Under the pieces are notes generated by a model, which was not told the DNA's origin, searched no databases, and saw only the letters and a list, made by a program, of their open reading frames with translations. A stretch of 14,111 bases of DNA from an uncultured archaeon. GTDB lineage: Archaea > Asgardarchaeota > Thorarchaeia > Thorarchaeales > Thorarchaeaceae. Made by a program: the position numbers and the translations under genes. This document shows positions 7,358-14,111 of the stretch, one piece after another. Position 1 is the stretch's first letter. Each line of letters opens with the position of its first letter. The stretch is taken from positions 1 through 14,111 of the forward strand of contig CAYWJO010000066.1 of assembly GCA_964458565.1 (NCBI GenBank), given 5' to 3'.

Positions 7358-9456
7358 TAGGTGTGGATGAGTCATTAGAGGTAGTCATAGGTGAGTCTTA
7401 CCTTGAGTACTCAGATGAAACCATATCTCCTGATTTCCATCTCTATAGACACCAAGCAGACACAGTTCATGCTGACAGGAGCGTTGTCGTTCTAGATGCT
7501 CCGACCGGAGCTGGAAAGACTCTGTCTGCATTGAAACGTGTCGTTGATAATAATACTCCTGCTATCTTCATCTACCCTACAAACGCACTAGTTCGAAACC
7601 AAGTCATCGCAATCACGGAACTGCTAGAAAAACAGTTGGGGAAAAAGGTGAATGTGATTGGATCGGATTCCGATATCAAGACTGTCACCTCCAACATGAA
7701 AAATACTGATGTGGAGCTGTTCCATTTGACTGGCGAGAGTCTTGAGGAATTAGCTGAAACTCAATCTACTGCGAAGGGAAAGATTCTCGATGCGTTATTG
7801 ACTGGAACTCATGTCGCAGGTCGAATGAGAATTCTCCTGACGAATCCTGATACCCTCTATCTTGCCTTCATTGGTCGATACATGAGATCAGGAAGAATAT
7901 GTGCACAGTTCGAAACTTTCAACACCCTAGTCCTCGATGAGTTTCATCTCTATTCAGGACCTATGTTGGCACGAATTATCTTCATGGTCAATGCCTCTCG
8001 TGTTTCAGATGAGGTCCCCATGATGGACCTCATTTTTCTGAGTGCAACGCACGGGGATATTCTTGACCTGCTCAAGAATACATACTCAGATCTCCAAATT
8101 ATAAAGGCAACACCTCTTGCTAAGTGTCCTCAGAAGGGACGTATGATAAGACATCGGACTCATTGTCATGTGAACACAATTACAGGTGTGCTTTCCACTG
8201 ACGATGAAGCTAAGGATGTAGCCACCAATCTTCTACAGTTCTATAATACTGACAGCAAGGCTGACAATGTCAAAGTGCTTGGCATCTTCTCCTCAGTTTC
8301 GTTTGCCGTGCGTGTTGTCAAGTCACTCCGTTCAATGATTCAGGGATGCGGACTCAATCCAAATGAAGTGGTCTACCAATTACATGGACTGGTTCCACAT
8401 AAGGTACGTTCTGGTCTTGTTGGGATGAAGAATGCCATTCTTGTTGGAACCTCTGCAATCGAGGTCGGAATAGACTTCAATGTGCCATACCTTGTCATGG
8501 AGGCTCACGATATTGGAAGCTTTCTCCAGAGATTTGGACGTGGTGGAAGGCATCAGGATTGCGAGGCTGCCCTCTATGTTCCAAGAGTTCTTGCAGATAG
8601 GCTCAACTCAAAGAATGAATGGGAATTTCCTGATTTCATCGATGAGGTTCATAAAGCACTTGTCGAACTCCCGTCCTACGCAGGGTTTCTCTGCAATTCA
8701 AAGATTCAGGAGATTCTGTGTGGAATGGCACTTGCAGCCAGTAGGCTACCATGGTCGCCTTATCACAAATCGGAGCGGTTCGATTATGATGCGGCTGTGG
8801 AGTTCTACTACGAGCTTGTACAGGCAAATGAAACTGTGTCAATAGGTGACAAGACCCTGAAAGAGGTTTTAGGTGATCAGGAGCCCGGGCTTGTACGTCA
8901 TTGTTTGAAGAACCGGGCAGTACAGACTATGGTGAAACACGGCTTTCTCAGGGGTGCTTCCAATACAGTCTTGGTAAAATATCCTGGACACCTATTTGGT
9001 ATCACAACTGACATCTTCAGCGAGTGTGATTTCTTCGAACTGTTCAGGATGCAAGGTAAAATCAAGACTGCTGAGGATTATTGGAGGAGTATTCCCCTCC
9101 AATTCAAGAGAAGGCTTACCAAGGAGACCCCTCTTTTTGTTGTGGAGGACCTGGGTCAACCAAGGTATCCAACTGTCTATCTTGCCTCAGATGCTTTTGT
9201 AAGAAACAGAACTGGAGTTTACAACGAACCTGATTGCCACCTCAAGTTCCGAGATCGATATCTATCCACCATAGGTCAAAAACTCCTCAGTGGGCGAAAT
9301 CTGGCCTTTCACTGGAAATCTATGACTCGTTATACTGACTATCGGATTCCAAAGGTCTTCGTAGAGAATGAGCCTGGTGGTCTAGTTATAGGCGAGTGGG
9401 CCTATGTTGCTGAATACCTTTTACAAAAACAGATGCAGGAGGACACCAGAGGATGA
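7339..9456 (+). CDS. cas3: Type I-D Cas3' SF2 helicase (no HD domain)
   Basis: Motifs APTGAGKT, YPTNAL, LTNPD, DEFH, SAT, GTSAIEVGIDF and QRFGRGGR. No HD domain, as expected when the HD is fused to Cas10d. The true start may be the GTG at 7354 or 7363. Confidence 0.96.
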   Translation: MESRDVIGVDESLEVVIGESYLEYSDETISPDFHLYRHQADTVHADRSVVVLDAPTGAGKTLSALKRVVDNNTPAIFIYPTNALVRNQVIAITELLEKQLGKKVNVIGSDSDIKTVTSNMKNTDVELFHLTGESLEELAETQSTAKGKILDALLTGTHVAGRMRILLTNPDTLYLAFIGRYMRSGRICAQFETFNTLVLDEFHLYSGPMLARIIFMVNASRVSDEVPMMDLIFLSATHGDILDLLKNTYSDLQIIKATPLAKCPQKGRMIRHRTHCHVNTITGVLSTDDEAKDVATNLLQFYNTDSKADNVKVLGIFSSVSFAVRVVKSLRSMIQGCGLNPNEVVYQLHGLVPHKVRSGLVGMKNAILVGTSAIEVGIDFNVPYLVMEAHDIGSFLQRFGRGGRHQDCEAALYVPRVLADRLNSKNEWEFPDFIDEVHKALVELPSYAGFLCNSKIQEILCGMALAASRLPWSPYHKSERFDYDAAVEFYYELVQANETVSIGDKTLKEVLGDQEPGLVRHCLKNRAVQTMVKHGFLRGASNTVLVKYPGHLFGITTDIFSECDFFELFRMQGKIKTAEDYWRSIPLQFKRRLTKETPLFVVEDLGQPRYPTVYLASDAFVRNRTGVYNEPDCHLKFRDRYLSTIGQKLLSGRNLAFHWKSMTRYTDYRIPKVFVENEPGGLVIGEWAYVAEYLLQKQMQEDTRG

Positions 9457-10268
9457 TTACACTACGTTTCCATCTGACAAGTCCGTTTTCAGGCACAATG
9501 GGATTCACTGGTGTACCACTAAGAGCCGCCTTTCTGAACTTGCTCCAACAGTATGACTCTCAATTGAGTGGTCAGGTACATGGAAAGGTAGGAGTACGCT
9601 CCTACTCACTTGATCCCTTTCCCTTCTCGGCCGGGTTCAGAACAGACTTTGATGAGGGCAAAGAGTATGAGTTTGGTGTGAATCTGTTTTCTAGTGAGAA
9701 GTACAACTCATTAATTCGGTCATTGGCCATGGTTCCCAAGGAAGAGGTGCGAATCCATCATCACTACTTCCCTCTAAAACGTGTTGACTTCACAACTCAT
9801 CAACCATCAATGCTGATGGACCAGTGGATTGAGAAGGATTGTTTGGAGGGATTAAGGCAGATTGGAATCCGAATGAGATTTCTTACCCCAACTCAGCTTT
9901 CTCAGTTTGGTAGTGATATGGCTTTCTTACTTCCTACTCCTGAGAAAGTCTTCTCTGGACTACTTAGGGTCTGGAACACTGCAGACAGGGCTTCAAAGGT
10001 CTACCATATCAGTGACTACAGAAAATGGGTTGAGCGGAATATCTACATCTCTAATCATCGGATTCGTACAATCCCAGTACCTCTCGGTCGTGGAAGGGCT
10101 GTAGTTGGATTTGTCGGCAGTGTTGACTATGTCGTACAGAATCTCGATAGCCCTTTTGGGCATTTATCAGTGGGTCTATCAAGATTCGCAGAGATGTCTA
10201 ATGTAGGAAAGAATCGCACAGCTGGTCTTGGAAAGGTTTCTGTGCTGCTAGAAACAGAGAAGGGGTGA
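9453..10268 (+). CDS. cas6: crRNA-processing endoribonuclease Cas6
   Basis: 271 aa. FLTPT, LPTPEKVFSGL, GFVG and the C-terminal glycine-rich loop VGKNRTAGLGKV. ATGA overlap with the cas3' stop. Confidence 0.95.
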   Translation: MITLRFHLTSPFSGTMGFTGVPLRAAFLNLLQQYDSQLSGQVHGKVGVRSYSLDPFPFSAGFRTDFDEGKEYEFGVNLFSSEKYNSLIRSLAMVPKEEVRIHHHYFPLKRVDFTTHQPSMLMDQWIEKDCLEGLRQIGIRMRFLTPTQLSQFGSDMAFLLPTPEKVFSGLLRVWNTADRASKVYHISDYRKWVERNIYISNHRIRTIPVPLGRGRAVVGFVGSVDYVVQNLDSPFGHLSVGLSRFAEMSNVGKNRTAGLGKVSVLLETEKG

Positions 10269-10280
10269 CAATGACTGTGA

Positions 10281-11237
10281 ATGGAGGGGTGTATGTTGTA
10301 CATTCTACCTGATGACGTCAAGCGAAGACTCCTGAGAAGGTACAGACGGCGATCACGAGAGATTGTGGTGGACGATCGCTTTCGTGGTTGGGCCTGGGAG
10401 GTTCCACCTCTGGATCCACCCTACGATTTTCATCTCTCTCTGAGTGAGATTACTGGTCGATACTGTGAGTCTATGCGCGACCTCTATCTCAGACATGTTG
10501 AGAAAAAACGAAAGCCAGTCAATATCAAGATGATTGTAGGAGGTCTTTATCATGCAATCATTGCATCTGTGATAGAGCATTCAAAGAAAACACTCTACAC
10601 GATAGGCAAGAATTCAATCGGTGAGTTTGGAATGTGTATGACCGATCTCAGGGATGAAATAATCAATGGTCTTATGGAAGGTGCTCGAAAACCAGAGGTG
10701 ATCACATCAACTTCTGTTAATATAGCAACAGTTCAGAACAACATGCTTTGGTTATGGGACTATGAGGTCAACCAGATAGTCGCCTCGATTGAACGTGTTG
10801 TGTCATCTCAACCATACATCGGTTTGGACTCGCTAGTTCACAATGCAATACCGATTGTTGTAGAGCAGAAGCTTGATGGTCGAAACCTAGGACTCAGTGG
10901 TTATTTGAGTGCAGATGCCTTTGGAGCTGAGGGCGTAGTTCTTGATATGAAGACTGGCGAACGACGACGTTTCCACCGACTAGCCACAACTGGATATGCA
11001 TTGGTCATTGAAAGTATTCACGAGTATCCAGTTGACATTGGCTGTATCGTCTATTGCTGGTTCAGGGAGAATGCTCTTCCTTCTATCGAGTACGATGTCC
11101 ATCAGATTGATGAACCTCTCCGGCAGGACTTCATCGAGCTGCGGGATACTGCGATGAAACTGATTTATGATGAGAAAGACCCTGGTCTCCCTTCGAAGTG
11201 TTACGAGGACTGCCCCTATTGGAACGAGTGTCACTAA
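10281..11237 (+). CDS. csa1: Cas4-like protein Csa1 (family usually associated with type I-A)
   Basis: Family signature RGWAWEVPPLDPP, YCESMRDLYL, LDGRNLGLSGYLSADA, DMKTG, GYALVIES and C-terminal C-x3-CPY-x3-C. The start may be the ATG at 10293, after GGAGGGGTG. Confidence 0.9.
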   Translation: MEGCMLYILPDDVKRRLLRRYRRRSREIVVDDRFRGWAWEVPPLDPPYDFHLSLSEITGRYCESMRDLYLRHVEKKRKPVNIKMIVGGLYHAIIASVIEHSKKTLYTIGKNSIGEFGMCMTDLRDEIINGLMEGARKPEVITSTSVNIATVQNNMLWLWDYEVNQIVASIERVVSSQPYIGLDSLVHNAIPIVVEQKLDGRNLGLSGYLSADAFGAEGVVLDMKTGERRRFHRLATTGYALVIESIHEYPVDIGCIVYCWFRENALPSIEYDVHQIDEPLRQDFIELRDTAMKLIYDEKDPGLPSKCYEDCPYWNECH

Positions 11238-11241
11238 GAAT

Positions 11242-11311
11242 AAAAAAGAGGAGAGTGTATCCCATTCTCTTAGAAATGGTCGCCGCCATCTCAGAGAGGA
11301 GATACACCCCC
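11242..11311 (-). terminator. Long minus-strand RNA hairpin followed by a U6 tract (terminator or 3' end of an unannotated RNA)
   Basis: The minus strand folds as GGGGGUGUAUCUC/GGGAUACACUCUC (13 bp), UCUCU/AGAGA and GAGAUGG/CCAUUUC with loop CGGCGA, followed by CUCUUUUUU. Four G-U pairs would be A-C mismatches on the plus strand. Confidence 0.55.
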
Positions 11312-11465
11312 ACGAATTATACTAGGCATCCTCAGGTCATGTTGATTGAGTCACCATGGCCATTCGGGCTCTTCCGGTGGACCACTCTTGTACACCATTT
11401 TTCATCGAGAATGAGTAGGAACAAGACACACAAGAGACAATGAGAAGAAAGTCCCACTTTGATTT

Positions 11466-11517
11466 TGCAAGTTGCATCCTGAATAGAAATGTTGCATTTC
11501 TAAACGAAACATAAAAG
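11466..11517 (+). promoter_or_regulatory. Palindromic operator(s) plus BRE/TATA-like element upstream of the csa3-like gene
   Basis: TGCAAgTTGCA (11466-11476) and TAGAAATGttgCATTTCTA (11484-11502), followed by CGAAA-CATAAAAG about 30 nt before the ATG at 11542, which has no obvious RBS (leaderless-type spacing). Confidence 0.55.
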
Positions 11518-11541
11518 GGCATCTATGCTTAATGGAATCCT

Positions 11542-12213
11542 ATGAGTAAAAAGATAGTCCAAATCGCAACGTTGGGAATCTACGCTAATGAACGTGTCCG
11601 GTATGTTAGCTTGAAACGACAAGCTGATGAGATAGTGCTTCTATATTCACCAGAGAATAAGGAGCAGATGGAGGAAATAGTGAGACTGTATAAGCAGGAT
11701 CGTCTGCCAATTGAGGTGGTTTGTGTGAAAGCATGGAAGTATGAATCTATATTGGCAGAGATTCTCGAATTAATCGTCAAGAAACAGAAGAAGAATCACA
11801 TATTTGAGTTCAACATATCTTGTGGAACGACTCCAATGCGAGTAGCATGCCATATGGCAGCAGTCCTTACTCATTCTCAGGTACACTTTGTAAGTGAAAA
11901 GGATGGAGATTTGGTTGGAGAATTGGAAACAGCACAACCCCTCTCATTCTCACAGTTGACGACTCCAAAGAAGAATATCTTGATGCATCTTGTGGATGAG
12001 GGTGGTTGCATTAAGTCACAGCGTGAACTTGGGTCTCGGGTGAACCTACATGCATCTTCAATTTCACGTCATGTGAAGGACCTTATGAAGTTCGGATATC
12101 TCACAACAATCACAAAAAGCGGGAAAAATATGATTCAAATCACTGATTTGGGTCGTGCAATCATTAGACTCAAGCAAGTACGGACTAAGATGAAAGAAGA
12201 AACCTTGAGTTGA
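11542..12213 (+). CDS. csa3: CARF + winged-HTH transcriptional regulator (Csa3-like)
   Basis: 223 aa. CARF Rossmann pattern IATLG...ADEIVLLYS...FNISCGTTPMRVACHMAA, and C-terminal wHTH (SQRELGSRVNLHASSISRHVKDLMKFGYL...IQITDLG). Confidence 0.82.
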   Translation: MSKKIVQIATLGIYANERVRYVSLKRQADEIVLLYSPENKEQMEEIVRLYKQDRLPIEVVCVKAWKYESILAEILELIVKKQKKNHIFEFNISCGTTPMRVACHMAAVLTHSQVHFVSEKDGDLVGELETAQPLSFSQLTTPKKNILMHLVDEGGCIKSQRELGSRVNLHASSISRHVKDLMKFGYLTTITKSGKNMIQITDLGRAIIRLKQVRTKMKEETLS

Positions 12214-12219
12214 TGAATA

Positions 12220-13827
12220 TTGTCAAATCAGAGTGAGATTCTATACTTCGTGCAGAAGACTTGGGAGCAGGCTCTTGAACGATTGCGGCAGTTTGGTGTA
12301 AAGATAGATAGAAATTGTCCCATTCACTCATTCACAGTTGAAGAAGAATGTGACCCTTTCAATGCAAGAATAGTGGATGGTTCTTTGTATATCAACAAAG
12401 AGTGCATCAAGAATCAATATCTGCTCTCAGGAGCAGTTGCTCGTGAATGCTTCAAATCGGTCTTTCCATCCAATAGAATCTGTGAGGAGTGTGTTGATGA
12501 TATTGCTACCGAATTTGCGAGGCAAACTCTTGAGGAAGGGAAACGTGATGAATGGGTGGAGCTTTGGAGGAGACACACTCCCTCTAGACATGTGATCGGT
12601 GTTCTTCATCACGATCCATCAAAATCATACCCTGCACTCTACAAGCTCGTGAGCACTCGAGGGCTCCAATCAATAGTGAATGATCTCTTAGCAACATCAA
12701 AATACCAGATACATCTTTCGCTGGAGGACTATCTCGAATACTTTGAAACACGCTACCAACGATTCTCAGCTGAATTGAGTAGAACAGAGCTTCGCATCGT
12801 TAACTACCTCCTCCGCGACCCGACAACGACCACTGATGACATTGCACAATATCTCGCCCTTTCTCCACAATGGGTTTCAACAGAAGTCACCGAGCTTCAG
12901 AAACGATACATCCTTCGAAAATTCGAGGTGGTCCGTTTCTCAAAGATTGGTATCAGGATGTTCCATCTATTGATAGGAACAGATAACCCTAATGAGTCAT
13001 CTCTGAACCTTCTAGACAAGTGTCCATTTGTCTATGGGATGAGACGGGTACTCTCAGGTCCATGGCAATTGCTTGCAACACTCACTATACCGGATAATCA
13101 AGAAAGTATTAGAGCAGTGGATGAGTTTATGAAAACAGTCAATCGATGGGATTTTCAGACCGTACTTACCGAGGTGGTTTCATCGGGTATACACTACTGC
13201 TTTGACTACTATTCTGTTGATACAGCTGGATGGGATATTCCTTGGGATCTTGAGCGAATTCAGGTTAGAAAAATCTATACTGATTCCCTCTCATCAGCCT
13301 TTCCAAGAATCGACCACCCTCGTGAGGGAATGCGTCTTGAGTTTGATGATCTGGATATGAAAATTCTTGACAGGGTATGGAACAGAGTGGGGTCTGTGGC
13401 AAAAATACGAAAGGAATTGCACGTCGGACAGGAGCGAGTAGCAACTAAATTACGACTATTGAGGGAAGAGGGAATTGTCAATGAGCAGTGGGAGATTCAC
13501 AACATCGGTCTTACAGAGAGCATTGCTTTATTCACATCAGATGTTGAGATTGGGAAAGCCATTGCCGCTTGGGCAAATCGACTTCCAAAGAGTATAGTTT
13601 CATTCGATCTCGATAATCAACTCATGATGATATCATCAGTCCCAGTCGGTGGCGGTTATGGGATGGGATGGGCGTTGGAGAGTCTATCGAAAGCTGTATC
13701 GGCCAATCTTCTGGGACCACCAATATACGGTCGATGGGGATTTCCTTTACATCTCTGGCGTTCAGATAGTCAGAGATGGACATTTCCTGATCAGCAAGTT
13801 GCTGAATGGTTCGAATCATTCCGATGA
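12220..13827 (+). CDS. Multi-domain putative regulator: uncharacterised N-terminal domain plus two tandem Lrp/AsnC-like (wHTH + RAM-like) modules
   Basis: 535 aa. Module 1: LSRTELRIVNYLLRDP...DIAQYLALSPQWV...FSKIGI...CPFVYGMRRVLSGPWQLL. Module 2: FDDLDMKILD...KIRKELHVGQERVATKLRLLREEGIV...NIGL. TTG start 6 nt after the csa3 stop. Confidence 0.7.
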   Translation: MSNQSEILYFVQKTWEQALERLRQFGVKIDRNCPIHSFTVEEECDPFNARIVDGSLYINKECIKNQYLLSGAVARECFKSVFPSNRICEECVDDIATEFARQTLEEGKRDEWVELWRRHTPSRHVIGVLHHDPSKSYPALYKLVSTRGLQSIVNDLLATSKYQIHLSLEDYLEYFETRYQRFSAELSRTELRIVNYLLRDPTTTTDDIAQYLALSPQWVSTEVTELQKRYILRKFEVVRFSKIGIRMFHLLIGTDNPNESSLNLLDKCPFVYGMRRVLSGPWQLLATLTIPDNQESIRAVDEFMKTVNRWDFQTVLTEVVSSGIHYCFDYYSVDTAGWDIPWDLERIQVRKIYTDSLSSAFPRIDHPREGMRLEFDDLDMKILDRVWNRVGSVAKIRKELHVGQERVATKLRLLREEGIVNEQWEIHNIGLTESIALFTSDVEIGKAIAAWANRLPKSIVSFDLDNQLMMISSVPVGGGYGMGWALESLSKAVSANLLGPPIYGRWGFPLHLWRSDSQRWTFPDQQVAEWFESFR

Positions 13828-13975
13828 TAGTTTATTAGAATTATTAACAACCACAAATTTCCTATTTGCGTACATCTTTATAAGAGACCTTTCAGAATTG
13901 TCATGTACACAACAACCACTACAAAATCAGGGTTATGAACACTGATTTTTGGAATTCCAGGTGATTTTGGCCCGT
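13828..13975 (+). promoter_or_regulatory. Leader of array 2
   Basis: AT-rich, non-coding, adjacent to the first repeat. TTGCGTACATCTTTATAAG (13866-13884) matches leader 1 at 18 of 19 positions, at the same distance from the repeat. Confidence 0.85.
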
Positions 13976-14111
13976 GTCGCACATGAAGATTCCACATTAT
14001 GGAGATTGAAAGCGTGTTGTCAATCGTTCGCCTTACCTCCTAACCGTGCTACTAGGTCGCACATGAAGATTCCACATTATGGAGATTGAAAGTAGGATGA
14101 ACTATGATGAC
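13976..14111 (+). CRISPR. CRISPR array 2 (leader-proximal end; continues beyond right edge)
   Basis: Two identical 37-nt repeats GTCGCACATGAAGATTCCACATTATGGAGATTGAAAG at 13976-14012 and 14056-14092, a 43-nt spacer at 14013-14055, and a partial spacer at 14093-14111. Confidence 0.96.

Noticed and set aside
11440-11514. ATG-AGA-AGA mini-ORF resembling the haloarchaeal CreT toxin start
   Set aside because: AGA is a common codon in these genes, the ORF runs 24 codons instead of stopping immediately, it lacks a well-placed RBS, and it overlaps the putative csa3 promoter.
11131-11522. ORFs of 60, 81 and 61 aa across the csa1-csa3 intergenic region
   Set aside because: They overlap csa1, the hairpin or the operator palindromes and show no protein-like motifs. 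Only the short internal minus-strand ORFs are kept, as a hypothesis in the findings.
13649-13945. 98-aa plus-strand ORF
   Set aside because: It overlaps the 535-aa gene out of frame and runs across the conserved leader and TATA of array 2, with no recognisable motifs.

Overview
The window is one complete archaeal type I-D CRISPR-Cas locus with all genes on the + strand: cas1-cas2-cas4, then cas10d (with N-terminal HD nuclease), a separately encoded cas11d-like small subunit, csc2 (cas7d), csc1 (cas5d), cas3' helicase, cas6 and csa1 (a Cas4-like gene typical of type I-A), then a CARF-wHTH (Csa3-like) regulator and a 535-aa protein with two tandem Lrp/AsnC-like modules. Two outward-facing CRISPR arrays bracket it, both cut by the window edges. 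Their 37-nt repeats share the 3' 24 nt but differ at the 5' end, and their leaders align without gaps over 110 nt. The unusual points are: (1) Cas11d appears split from Cas10d as its own in-frame gene with an extra C-terminal module; (2) I-A-type accessory genes accompany an I-D effector; (3) a two-gene regulatory cassette sits inside the locus; (4) an orphan minus-strand RNA hairpin with a U-tract lies between csa1 and csa3; (5) the leader-proximal spacer of the right array matches cas3' over 11 seed nucleotides next to a GTN PAM. TATA boxes, GAGGTGA ribosome-binding sites and csa1/csa3 point to an archaeal host. An Asgard (Thorarchaeia-like) origin is only an impression. All family calls come from motifs recognised by eye, with no database searches.
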